Shown: piece after piece, positions 27,884-37,365 of the stretch
Layout of the letters: every line of letters begins with the position of its first letter
Numbering within the stretch: position 1 is the stretch's first letter
Origin: a bacterium
GTDB lineage: Bacteria; Elusimicrobiota; JBDRMW01; JBDROU01
Direction of reading: 5' to 3'
DNA length: 64,000 nucleotides
NCBI GenBank assembly: GCA_043809745.1
Contig: JBDROU010000073.1
Coordinates: 7,969 to 71,968 of the forward strand
Translations under genes and position numbers: made by a program
The notes under the pieces: generated by a model
The model's database searches: none
Told to the model about the DNA's origin: nothing
The model's input: the letters and a program-made list of their open reading frames with translations, nothing else

Positions 27884-29169
27884 TAACAAAGCAGATCGCT
27901 GCAGCAATCGGTTTATCGCTGCTTTTTATTATTGTCTATGGAACATGTAACTGGATCACCTCACTGAGGACTGATGTCGGTACTCTTTATTTCAACTGGG
28001 AACGACTCATGCCATTCATACCGATTATGATTGTTCCATATATGTCTATTGACCTTTTTTTCCTGGGAGCACCTTTTCTTTGTAGAAATTCCAGAGAACT
28101 AACTGTATTTTCCCAGCGGGTTATTGCAGCTATACTTATAGCAGGTGGTTTTTTTTTAATAATGCCTTTGAAGTTCGCATTTGCAAGACCTGTTGTAACG
28201 GGCTGGTTAGGTCCTATTTATCAATTGCTTTATGTTTTTGACCATCCTTATAATTTATTCCCATCACTTCACATCACATTACGTACAATTCTGGCATATT
28301 TATATGCAAGCAAGACAAAAGGATTCTTAAGGATATTAGTCCATATTTGGTTTAGTTTAATAGGTTTTTCTACAGTTTTTACATATCAACACCATGTTCT
28401 AGATGTAGTGGGAGGATTTATTCTTGCGGCTTTTATATTCTATTTATTTAGAGAAAAGAAACAGGCTAAAATACAAGCGGGAAATTTTCGGGTAGGCACA
28501 TATTATCTTTTGGGGTCTATTGTATCAGTAATGCTTGCTTATTTGGTTTGGCCTTGGGGTGTTATTTTTTTATGGCCTGGCATTAGTTGTGGAATTATTA
28601 CTTTCGGTTATTTTGGAATGGGACCAGTAATATATAAAAAAGAATCCGGCAAATTGCCCCTTAGTTCAAAAGTGATACTCTTGCCTTGTGTATTGGGACA
28701 ATATGTATCACTGCTTTATTATAAAAAGGCATGTAACCCATGGGATGAGGTTGTTAAGGGTGTTTATATCGGAAGGATGCTTAATAGCCAAGAAGTGAAA
28801 CAAGTATTGAACCAAGGTGTATGTGCTGTAGTTGATCTTACTGCTGAATTTAGTGAGCAGAAAGATTTCATATCACAGAATTATATAAATATTCAAATTC
28901 TTGATCTCACTCCTCCAACACAGGATCAAATTAGAACTGCTGTTAATTTTATAGATCATTTCTCAAAAAAGTGTACTGTATATATTCATTGTAAAATTGG
29001 CTATTCCCGTACAGCTGTTATTACAGGGGCATTTTTAATTAAAGCAGGATATGCGAAAACAGTCAACGAAGCAATTAGCCTTATGAGAAACTTCAGACCA
29101 ACTCTTGTTGTTCGAAAGGAAGCAAGAAAAGTATTGGAAGAATTTGTAGCATTTGGAGTTTATACATGA
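27838..29169 (+). CDS. Fusion: PAP2-superfamily membrane phosphatase domain + C-terminal dual-specificity (CX5R) phosphatase domain (PTPMT1-like)
   Basis: PAP2 motifs PSLHIT (PSGH-like) and TYQHHVLDVVGG (SRx5Hx3D-like) within a 6-TM region. C-terminal HCKIGYSRT P-loop (HCxxGxxR[ST]). The ORF overlaps the upstream gene by 46 nt. Confidence 0.6.
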   Translation: MGYFHSIFSKEKKSLITKQIAAAIGLSLLFIIVYGTCNWITSLRTDVGTLYFNWERLMPFIPIMIVPYMSIDLFFLGAPFLCRNSRELTVFSQRVIAAILIAGGFFLIMPLKFAFARPVVTGWLGPIYQLLYVFDHPYNLFPSLHITLRTILAYLYASKTKGFLRILVHIWFSLIGFSTVFTYQHHVLDVVGGFILAAFIFYLFREKKQAKIQAGNFRVGTYYLLGSIVSVMLAYLVWPWGVIFLWPGISCGIITFGYFGMGPVIYKKESGKLPLSSKVILLPCVLGQYVSLLYYKKACNPWDEVVKGVYIGRMLNSQEVKQVLNQGVCAVVDLTAEFSEQKDFISQNYINIQILDLTPPTQDQIRTAVNFIDHFSKKCTVYIHCKIGYSRTAVITGAFLIKAGYAKTVNEAISLMRNFRPTLVVRKEARKVLEEFVAFGVYT

Positions 29170-29237
29170 AAAATTATAATAATGTATTAGGTATTTATAA
29201 AAAAGCAGATGAAACTGTAAAGGACGTTCCTAAAAAT

Positions 29238-30635
29238 TTATATGAGATATTCTTCCTTGTATTCCGGGGTGATTATCTCGCTGGATAAATTTGATTTTAG
29301 TGTTTGCGAAAATTCAACGACTGCGTTTTCTTCGCCGTGCAGCACAAAAATCTTTTTGGGTTTCTTTTTAAAATTGGAGATCCATCTCATAAGTTCATTT
29401 TTATCCGCATGTGCGGAGAAACCGTTTATTTTTTCTATCCGGGCATAAACCGGATAGTTATCTCCCAGGATTCTCACCTTAGCGGGTTTTTCTAGTATCT
29501 CGCGGCCTAATGTCCCTTCAGCCTGATATCCTACGAATAATATAGTGCTCTCTTTGCGGCTGATGTTGTTAATTAGATGGTATTTAATTCTTCCGCCCGT
29601 GCACATTCCGGATCCGGCCATAACGACGGATGTCCTTTTAGCGCTGTTGATGTTTTTCGAATCATTAGCGGTAGGTGTTGTCTTAAGCAGCGGAAAGCTG
29701 AATAACGAATAAGAATTGTTTAAGTGGGTTTGAGCCTCTTTGTCGAAATAACTTGAATATTTCTTAAATACTTCTGTTACGTTAATGGCCATAGGGCTGT
29801 CTACAAAAACGGTAAGTTGGGGAATTTTCTTTTGGCGCAGCAATATGCCCAAACTGTAAATAAGTTCCTGCGCCCGTTCGATTGCAAATGACGGAATTAT
29901 GATGTTGCCGCCGGCTTTGTGAGTTTCTAGGATCACTTTTTGAATTTTTTCAAGTGCGGTACTTTCATTTTCATGAATCCTGTTTCCGTACGTTGATTCC
30001 ATGAAAACGTGATCTGCCTTTTCAAAAAGTGTTGGGTCTTTTAATATAGGACGATTCCATCTGCCGATATCCCCAGAAAATATATAAATTTCACGATTGC
30101 TGCCGCTATCTTTACGCAGTTCAATCATCGCGGAACCGAGAATATGTCCTGCATCGTAAAAAATAGCCCGCAGATCCTTAGTAACAGCGAATTCTTTTTT
30201 ATACGATATCGGCTCAAAAAGCGAAATGGCTTTTTCAGCATCCCGAACAGTGTAAAGAGGGATTTCCGGATATGGGCTTGATGTCCTCTTTTTTCTGTGC
30301 CGTTTTCGTTTGTATTCGATATCTGATTCTTGAAGATGCGCGGAATCAAGCAAGGCAATTTTAGCTATTTCTGCGGTAGGCGGTGTACAGTATATCTTCC
30401 CCCTGTATCCTTCACGAACCAGTTTTGGAAGATAACCGCAATGATCGATATGAGCGTGGGTCAAAAGGACGCATTCTATGTTCCCGGGGTCGATCGGGAA
30501 TTCCTCCCAGTTGCGAGAACGGAATTTTCTTTCCTGATATAGCCCGCAATCAATTAAAATATATTTTCCGTTATTTTCAAGCAGGAATCGGGAGCCGGTT
30601 ACGTTTTTCGCAGCTCCTAAAAATTTAATTTTCAT
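29238..30635 (-). CDS. Beta-CASP family MBL-fold ribonuclease (RNA-metabolising metallo-beta-lactamase)
   Basis: HxHxDH in LLTHAHIDHCG. About 465 aa. Beta-CASP insertion and C-terminal His motifs (FSAHAD). Confidence 0.7.
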   Translation of the reverse strand: MKIKFLGAAKNVTGSRFLLENNGKYILIDCGLYQERKFRSRNWEEFPIDPGNIECVLLTHAHIDHCGYLPKLVREGYRGKIYCTPPTAEIAKIALLDSAHLQESDIEYKRKRHRKKRTSSPYPEIPLYTVRDAEKAISLFEPISYKKEFAVTKDLRAIFYDAGHILGSAMIELRKDSGSNREIYIFSGDIGRWNRPILKDPTLFEKADHVFMESTYGNRIHENESTALEKIQKVILETHKAGGNIIIPSFAIERAQELIYSLGILLRQKKIPQLTVFVDSPMAINVTEVFKKYSSYFDKEAQTHLNNSYSLFSFPLLKTTPTANDSKNINSAKRTSVVMAGSGMCTGGRIKYHLINNISRKESTILFVGYQAEGTLGREILEKPAKVRILGDNYPVYARIEKINGFSAHADKNELMRWISNFKKKPKKIFVLHGEENAVVEFSQTLKSNLSSEIITPEYKEEYLI

Positions 30636-30801
30636 AATATTTATTTCTCAACTTAACATTTATAATATCAGGGAAAACTGCTTTTCTTTTGCAGCGAGTC
30701 TGCGATAACAAACCGAATTATACTACAAATGCATAGAGTTATCAATTTTTTATATTACTATTTTTGTGTTTATTTTGTATGATGTTCAAATCCAATAATT
30801 T

Positions 30802-32538
30802 ATGAAACCTTCCTTCAAGCTAATTTTGATATATATTCTATTTATGGGCTTTGTTTTTCCTGATAATGTTTTGGGGAAACTTACCGTAAAGATAGAAGGC
30901 ATATCCGGTGAGCTTCTCAATAATGTGCGCGCATACATTTCACTCGAAGAGAAAAAGAATGAGATAACTCTGGACGAAACGGGAATAAAAAAACTCTACA
31001 ATCAAGCACCTCAAGAGATACGGAAGGCGCTGGAAGTTTTCGGTTATTATAGTCCTGAAATAATCTCTAAACTTGAAACTGAAAAAAATGACTGGATAGC
31101 CAAATTTATAATACAACCGGGGTTGCCCGTTATTGTAAAGGAAGTTGATTTTGCAATAACAGGAGAAGGAAAAGAGGATAAAATATTAACCTCATTAATA
31201 GCTGTGATTAAAGCAGGTGATCCGTTTAATCATGGTTTATATGAAAAAACAAAGCGTGTGCTGCTTGATGCAGCGCAGGAACACGGGTTTTTTGATGCTC
31301 ATTTTACTTTGCATAAGGTTAAAATTGACAGAACAGCTAGGGAGTGCGTTATTATTTTATATTTTGATACCGGTCCGAAATATTATTTCGGCCGCGTGCA
31401 ATTCTTTCAAGAGGGATTTGATGATCGATATTTACAGCGTTTTGTTCCATTTAAAGAAGGAGAGCCGTATTCTGCGGATAAGATACTGGCATTACGCAAT
31501 GCTCTAGATATGAGCGAACATTTTACTTCTGTTGATATTTCATTAAGACATGAGCTGCAAACTAACAGAGTGATTCCTGTAAAAATTTCGGGTATTGTAC
31601 GTAAAAAGTATAACGCTACGACCGGTATAGGCTACGGAACCGATATGGGAATGAGAGGTAGTCTCGAGTGGGAAAACCGCAGGGTAGACGGGATGGGGCA
31701 TCGCTTCAAGACCAAGATCCAAGCTTCGCAAATCAGCAAGAGTATACAAGCGAGTTATGATATTCCGCTTTTGTTGCCTCTTACCGATAAGCTTTCGTAT
31801 CAGGCTGGGTTGAGAGAAGAACTTACGGATACCGCCCGTACGAAGACGACAATTGTGGGTGTCAAACGCAGCAAGAAGCTGCGTTCTAGTTGGTTTAATA
31901 CCCTTTTCCTTGATTTCCAGGATGAGTTCTTTACCGTTGCAAACGAAAAAGACAGATCGACACTGGTAATACCGGGTGTAAATTGGACGTATACAAAGGC
32001 TGATGCGCTCCCTTATCCAAAAAAAGGAATGAAGTTGGGTATTGAGTTAAAAGGTTCAGAAAAATATATTGCATCAAGCGTCAGTTTTTTGCAGGCGCAA
32101 ACCAGCGGCAAGATAATTCGGCAACTTTTTGGCGAAAACCGGATATTTATTCGCGGAGAAGCGGGAACGACCGCTGTGAGAGATTTTAACAGCCTGCCGC
32201 CGACTATACGGTTTTTTACCGGAGGCGATAACAGCGTAAGAGGTTTCGGCTATAATGCGCTGGCACCGAAGGACGAAAATGGAAATGTTATCGGAGGGCA
32301 TTCCCTGCTTGTAGGAAGTATCGAGTATGAGATTAAGTTATTTGAGAAATTGCGGATATCGGTATTTTATGATGCAGGAGCTGCGCTTGATGTTTGGAAG
32401 CAATATTTGAATAAGGGAGTGGGTGTGGGTCTAAGGTGGCGTTCCCCGGTCGGCCCTATACGAATCGATCTGGCATTCCCGATAACAGATAAAGAAAGAA
32501 ACTATCGAATTCATTTTAATATGGAGCCGGACTTATGA
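30802..32538 (+). CDS. tamA: TamA-like Omp85-family outer-membrane protein (translocation and assembly module)
   Basis: Signal peptide. 578 aa, consistent with 3 POTRA domains plus a 16-strand barrel. Omp85 barrel motif FFTGGDNSVRGFGY. C-terminal aromatic-rich strand. Overlapping start with the downstream TamB-like gene. Confidence 0.65.
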   Translation: MKPSFKLILIYILFMGFVFPDNVLGKLTVKIEGISGELLNNVRAYISLEEKKNEITLDETGIKKLYNQAPQEIRKALEVFGYYSPEIISKLETEKNDWIAKFIIQPGLPVIVKEVDFAITGEGKEDKILTSLIAVIKAGDPFNHGLYEKTKRVLLDAAQEHGFFDAHFTLHKVKIDRTARECVIILYFDTGPKYYFGRVQFFQEGFDDRYLQRFVPFKEGEPYSADKILALRNALDMSEHFTSVDISLRHELQTNRVIPVKISGIVRKKYNATTGIGYGTDMGMRGSLEWENRRVDGMGHRFKTKIQASQISKSIQASYDIPLLLPLTDKLSYQAGLREELTDTARTKTTIVGVKRSKKLRSSWFNTLFLDFQDEFFTVANEKDRSTLVIPGVNWTYTKADALPYPKKGMKLGIELKGSEKYIASSVSFLQAQTSGKIIRQLFGENRIFIRGEAGTTAVRDFNSLPPTIRFFTGGDNSVRGFGYNALAPKDENGNVIGGHSLLVGSIEYEIKLFEKLRISVFYDAGAALDVWKQYLNKGVGVGLRWRSPVGPIRIDLAFPITDKERNYRIHFNMEPDL

Positions 32539-35500
32539 GCGTAAAAAGATTTTTTCTGTTTATGGCGATTTTGTGTACCGTGGTTCTGCTTGGTTTTGTG
32601 TTTGTTTTCTTTACTGAGACGGGAACACGAATAGTGATAAATACTGTACTTGCAAAATTTATCCAAAATGCACATGCGGAAAAAATATCAGGTAAATTCG
32701 GCAGATTTATAAACCTGCAGAAATTTGCCTATGAAGACGATAATTATATTATAAAAGCTGAAGAAATTTCTATAACTTGGCGGCCTTTCATGCTCATAAA
32801 AAAGAAGCTTGTTGTTTCGCAATGCAAAGGAAAGTCAATATCAGTTATCAAAAAATCGAATGCGCCAAAAGAAGTAAAATTATCAGAAGAGAAGGAAGTT
32901 AAAGTGCTTCCATTGCAAGTTCAAGTGGATGATTTGGATTTTATTAAGGTGTCTTTTTCCGAAAATGGCACTAGCATTTTTGCTGAAAATTTATCAATAT
33001 CCGGCATGTTGAATATGGACGATTTTCGAGTTACTGCAGGCTGGAGGAATGCTCATATAGAAAGAAGTCTCAAGGCTATAGCGGCGAGTGTTGAGGGAGA
33101 TCTGCAAGCTCAGGGGACACTCGCTGTATATACTGTAGAAGGCATGTGCGCATTTTCAGGTGAATTTGTACCGGATGCGCGCTTAAAGTTCAAAGCGAAT
33201 GGAACCGGTAAAGGTATATCACTAGAGAAACTAGCCGTAGACACTTTAGACGGCAGTATAACCGGAGAGGGGTCGGTTGCGTGGATGCCGGAATTAGCAT
33301 GGGACTTAAATTTATACGCTAAACGGTTGTTACTTGAGAAAAAATGGGATAATCTTCAGGGGATTATAAGCTTTGGTTGCAGTACTAAGGGTGTATCCGG
33401 GCAAAAGATTAATGGTATTTTCTTAATTAAAGATATTGAGGGATCGATGCAGCATCAGCAGCTTAAAGGCAGTGCTCGAATCGAAATTAAAGATAATTAT
33501 ATTGTTAATAGTCTGATAAAAATCAATGCCGGAGAGGCTAAGTTATTTCTTAAAGGCGGGGCAGCTGCTTTATGGGATCTCGTATGGGAAATAAATATAC
33601 CCAGTTTGTCAAAATTGCTGAGAGAAAGCAAAGGGCTTATTATTGGCAGCGGTTCAATTTTGGGAGAGAGAAATAAGCCGCAGATTCAAGGTACGCTTTA
33701 TGCTGAGCAAGTCTCAATCATGAATGCCGGTGTTGCCCGATCGCGGACTGAGTTTTTTCTTGATATGTCGAAAATGCGGACATCGACTTTCAGATGCTTT
33801 TGCGACAATTTAAATTATGGGGATACAGTAATCAAGGAGGTGTCGCTTGATGCGCAAGGCAGTGAGACAAACCATGAAATTAAGCTGAATTTAATTCAAA
33901 ACAATTATACAGCTCGCATTGTGTTTGTTGGGGGATACAATTATAAACTATGGGAAGGCAAAATTTCACAGGCAGAAATAAGCAGCGATCGTTTTGGTTT
34001 GTGGAATCTGCGGGATGCGGCTCGTTTAAGCATTTCCCGGGATCAGCAATTAATTGATGGTATATGCATGATGCAAAATGATTCAGAGATATGCGGTAAT
34101 TTGTTTCGCAGCAACTCGGGAGCCTTAAATCTGCAAGGCACAATTTCACGATTACCGCTTACAGTTTTTGAAACGTGGTATCCGGAATCTTTGAATGCAT
34201 CGGGTTTGGTGCAAGGTTTATTTGAATATAAGGCTGATCGCGGTTTTCACAGCGCCCATGTCCAGCTGACTTCGGAAAAAGGTTCTGTGTCGTACGAATC
34301 TCAAAAACAAAAACTAACATCATTGAATTATTCAAATGCGGATGTTGAAGTTCTTTCAGATAACGATAAGTTGAAGGCAAATATTACTGCTAATTTAGCA
34401 GATGGTGATAATGCGGACATTTCTCTTGAAATGACTCCATTTAATACCGGACCCGGGTTTGGCAAAAACAATTTAAATGGTAAGGTAAATATAAAATTGA
34501 GCAAGCTTGAGTTTGTTTCATCATTTGTGCCTTATCTAACAGATGTTTCGGGGATTCTTGTTGTTAATGCCGACATAACCGGTACAGTGAGCCAGCCAGT
34601 TATAACCGGGCTTGCGCAGATCGAGAAAGGGATGGCAAATTTAAGACAGATCGGTATAAAACTAAGTAATGCGGGAATTAAGTGTAATGCCGGTCAGGAT
34701 CAGCATATAGATTTTTTAGTCGTTTCGGAATCGGGAACCGGGAACTTAAAGGCAGAAGGCAGCGCGGTATATACAAAATTGCCGCTTGAGTATCTGGATA
34801 CTTCGATTAATGGCAATCTATTTGAGCTGATTAATCTGCCTGAGTTGCAGTTAATCGTATCGCCGAAACTGAACGCAAAATATTTTGACAATAAATTTGA
34901 TATTTCAGGTAATGTAGCTATACCAAAAGCAAAACTTACAATTCCTGAAATAAAGGCGGGAGCGGTTCCAACTTCTGATGATGTAGTGTTTGAAGACGAA
35001 AAAGAAGAACAGAGCAAAAGGAAGAGAGCTTTTTATTCAGATATGCGGATTGATGTAAAGGTAACGTTCGGCGATAATGTGGTTTTCGAAGGTTACGGTT
35101 TGAAAGCAAAAATATATGGAAATTTGAGACTCATTCAAGAAGCAGGCAAAAGTACACTTGCCCAAGGGGAGCTCCGTGTTGCGGAAGGTTCGTATACGGC
35201 ATATGGCCAAAAACTAAAAATAATTCAAGGGAAAGTCATTTTTGAAGGTCCGGTCACTAACCCTGAAATTGATGTAAAAGCAATACGTCAAACAGGTTCT
35301 GTAGTTGCGGGTATTCGAGTAACAGGCATGCTTCGCTCGCCGCAAATAACGCTTTTTAGCGAGCCAGCGATGTCTCAGGCAGATATGCTTTCCTACCTCC
35401 TTTTGGGGAGACCTCTGAAGCAGGCTTCGACGAAAGAAGGAAGACACCTCACTAATGCAATTGCGGTGCTGCAGCTTGCGGGAGGCCAGCAGCTCACAAA

Positions 35501-35741
35501 ATATATAGGCAGATATTTTGGATTAGAGGAAATTCAGTTTGAAAGTTCTCCCTCAACAGGTGAAACAAGCCTAATATTAGGCAGGCCAATAACATCAAAA
35601 CTGTATATGAACTACGTCATGACGCCGTTTAGTACAGGAGCTGCAATCAGGTTCAGGTATTATGTAAATCCAAAACTTACGCTTCAAGCAGAAAGCGGTC
35701 AATTAAGCGGAATGGATGCTTTATTTAACTTTGATTACTAG
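32535..35741 (+). CDS. tamB: TamB-like inner-membrane-anchored translocation/assembly protein (DUF490 C-terminus)
   Basis: 1068 aa. N-terminal signal-anchor. Long beta-rich repetitive body. C-terminal DUF490-like segment. ATGA-coupled to tamA. Confidence 0.6.
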   Translation: MSVKRFFLFMAILCTVVLLGFVFVFFTETGTRIVINTVLAKFIQNAHAEKISGKFGRFINLQKFAYEDDNYIIKAEEISITWRPFMLIKKKLVVSQCKGKSISVIKKSNAPKEVKLSEEKEVKVLPLQVQVDDLDFIKVSFSENGTSIFAENLSISGMLNMDDFRVTAGWRNAHIERSLKAIAASVEGDLQAQGTLAVYTVEGMCAFSGEFVPDARLKFKANGTGKGISLEKLAVDTLDGSITGEGSVAWMPELAWDLNLYAKRLLLEKKWDNLQGIISFGCSTKGVSGQKINGIFLIKDIEGSMQHQQLKGSARIEIKDNYIVNSLIKINAGEAKLFLKGGAAALWDLVWEINIPSLSKLLRESKGLIIGSGSILGERNKPQIQGTLYAEQVSIMNAGVARSRTEFFLDMSKMRTSTFRCFCDNLNYGDTVIKEVSLDAQGSETNHEIKLNLIQNNYTARIVFVGGYNYKLWEGKISQAEISSDRFGLWNLRDAARLSISRDQQLIDGICMMQNDSEICGNLFRSNSGALNLQGTISRLPLTVFETWYPESLNASGLVQGLFEYKADRGFHSAHVQLTSEKGSVSYESQKQKLTSLNYSNADVEVLSDNDKLKANITANLADGDNADISLEMTPFNTGPGFGKNNLNGKVNIKLSKLEFVSSFVPYLTDVSGILVVNADITGTVSQPVITGLAQIEKGMANLRQIGIKLSNAGIKCNAGQDQHIDFLVVSESGTGNLKAEGSAVYTKLPLEYLDTSINGNLFELINLPELQLIVSPKLNAKYFDNKFDISGNVAIPKAKLTIPEIKAGAVPTSDDVVFEDEKEEQSKRKRAFYSDMRIDVKVTFGDNVVFEGYGLKAKIYGNLRLIQEAGKSTLAQGELRVAEGSYTAYGQKLKIIQGKVIFEGPVTNPEIDVKAIRQTGSVVAGIRVTGMLRSPQITLFSEPAMSQADMLSYLLLGRPLKQASTKEGRHLTNAIAVLQLAGGQQLTKYIGRYFGLEEIQFESSPSTGETSLILGRPITSKLYMNYVMTPFSTGAAIRFRYYVNPKLTLQAESGQLSGMDALFNFDY

Positions 35742-35836
35742 GGACATGCATTGTGCGATTCTTTAGTAATTAATAGTTTTACTTTTTAATGAATTTAATA
35801 TGTTATAATTGCCAATATAAAAAAGATAACGGATTC

Positions 35837-36622
35837 TTACCCCAGCACTTTTCTTAATTTCTTAAATCTTTCATATATATCTTGTCTTAAGTTATCAACA
35901 TATTCATCAATTCCATTTTCCTCTTCTACCAAAAGACAGCCTTTACTGGAAATCCTTTCAAAAAACATATTAATATTTTCTGAAACGCTCTTTAGGTATT
36001 CTCTTTTTCTATAGGCAGATATTTCTTCTAAAATCGCGCCAATATCTGGTGCATATCGTAAAATAAAATAGATGTAATACAAATCTTTTGCCTGCTTTTC
36101 TATATTATCCCTTTCGATAAAAGTTGCTCCTTTATGGTACAAAAAAGCTGATGGTTTTGGGCAATTAACTAGATAGGTCTTTTTATTTTTCAAATAGTGA
36201 ATCTTTATCGAAATCCGGTGTTTCAGGAGAAAATCAAATTTATCGATTTTGTTTATATGTATCTGGCTGCCCACCATTTTTTTGATTGCATTAATATCCG
36301 CTGCAGGATAAGTAATAAATTCTACCGGGATTTTTTCCTTTTGCAACACAACTGGGAATATCTTGCCTATTTCCATATGACGCTCTTTGTAATTTAAAGA
36401 AGAAAGAGCTTCAAAAATCGTCTTCGGGTAGTCACTGGAAATTGATTGATCTACACCAAAATCAATATCAACAGTAGTAACCGGTTTTCTAACAACAGTT
36501 TTCCAAAGAAAGTTTGAGTAAATATGAGGTATCCATCCACCAACAAGCGTAAGGTTGGGAAGGTAATCGTTAATGTCTTCAAGCACACTAAAAAATACTG
36601 ATTCAATCTTTTTAAGATTCAT
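35837..36622 (-). CDS. Minimal nucleotidyltransferase-fold protein, candidate AbiEii-like toxin
   Basis: N-terminal Gly motif LTLVGGWIPHIY and acidic pair TVDIDFGV (hG[GS]...DxD of pol-beta superfamily NTases). Second gene of a two-gene minus-strand cassette, overlapping the upstream gene by 11 nt. Confidence 0.45.
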   Translation of the reverse strand: MNLKKIESVFFSVLEDINDYLPNLTLVGGWIPHIYSNFLWKTVVRKPVTTVDIDFGVDQSISSDYPKTIFEALSSLNYKERHMEIGKIFPVVLQKEKIPVEFITYPAADINAIKKMVGSQIHINKIDKFDFLLKHRISIKIHYLKNKKTYLVNCPKPSAFLYHKGATFIERDNIEKQAKDLYYIYFILRYAPDIGAILEEISAYRKREYLKSVSENINMFFERISSKGCLLVEEENGIDEYVDNLRQDIYERFKKLRKVLG

Positions 36623-37298
36623 ACAAATCCTTACCTTTTTCCTCCAGAATCTGCTTTAAGTACTCAGCATGTTCTTGCCCGCGGGGGATAAAATTATATA
36701 GATCCAAGTAGAGTTGGAGGTTAGAAACAACTTTGTATCCCTTTATCATTTGTACATTATAGAATATGCTTTTCTTGTAATGTGGTAAAATAATATGAAT
36801 ATTGCCGCCTCTTACAAGCTCCTTCAAATCAAGGTGCTGGCAAAAATTCAAAAAATCCTTGTTCCATATTTCATGACTAAAATATAAATATACGTGGTCC
36901 GTTATTACAAAGGAAGTCGTCAAATTGGCGCCTGAATGGAGAGTGAGTGCATAGGGCTTGCTTTTTAAGTAGTCTTTAATCTTTGGTAAGATATTTTTAT
37001 TTGGTGAATAATATGTGCTGACTTTATTTAATTCAAAACGATATGCCCTTAACCAAGCATTCACTAAATCCTGTTTGCTTGTAAGGAGCGCATAACTATC
37101 TGGACCACGCTTAACACGCTCTATGTAGCCTCTTTTTGCCATGGTCTCAAGTACTCCGTGAGCCATACCCAGGCTTACGCCATTTTTATCTGTAAAATCA
37201 CGTGTTACCCATTTCTTATTCGGACTAGCCAGCATTTTTCTCAAAATCAAAGACGCTTTGTCAGCAAAAATATTCCGCAAAATATTTGAACTACTCAT
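36612..37298 (-). CDS. Winged-HTH DNA-binding protein, candidate AbiEi-like antitoxin/autoregulator
   Basis: N-terminal wHTH (LILRKMLASPNKKWVTRDFTDKNGVSLGMAHGVLETMAKRGYIERVKRG). RBS AAGGAG 8 nt before the ATG at 37298 (rc); the 37307 GTG of the ORF track is less likely. Confidence 0.45.
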   Translation of the reverse strand: MSSSNILRNIFADKASLILRKMLASPNKKWVTRDFTDKNGVSLGMAHGVLETMAKRGYIERVKRGPDSYALLTSKQDLVNAWLRAYRFELNKVSTYYSPNKNILPKIKDYLKSKPYALTLHSGANLTTSFVITDHVYLYFSHEIWNKDFLNFCQHLDLKELVRGGNIHIILPHYKKSIFYNVQMIKGYKVVSNLQLYLDLYNFIPRGQEHAEYLKQILEEKGKDLYES

Positions 37299-37299
37299 A

Positions 37300-37365
37300 A
37301 TGTTCACTCCTTATATATGTTCACTGTATAGTGAACATTATATACTAAGTAAACATTGTTGTCAA
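37300..37365 (-). promoter_or_regulatory. Consensus sigma70 promoter (TTGACA-17-TATAAT on minus strand) with palindromic operator ATGTTCACT-N4-AGTGAACAT plus a third half-site overlapping RBS/start
   Basis: Minus-strand TTGACA is rc of 37360-37365, TATAAT is rc of 37337-37342, exact 17-nt spacer. Perfect 9-bp inverted repeat at 37317-37338. Extra half-site at 37300-37308. Confidence 0.6.
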
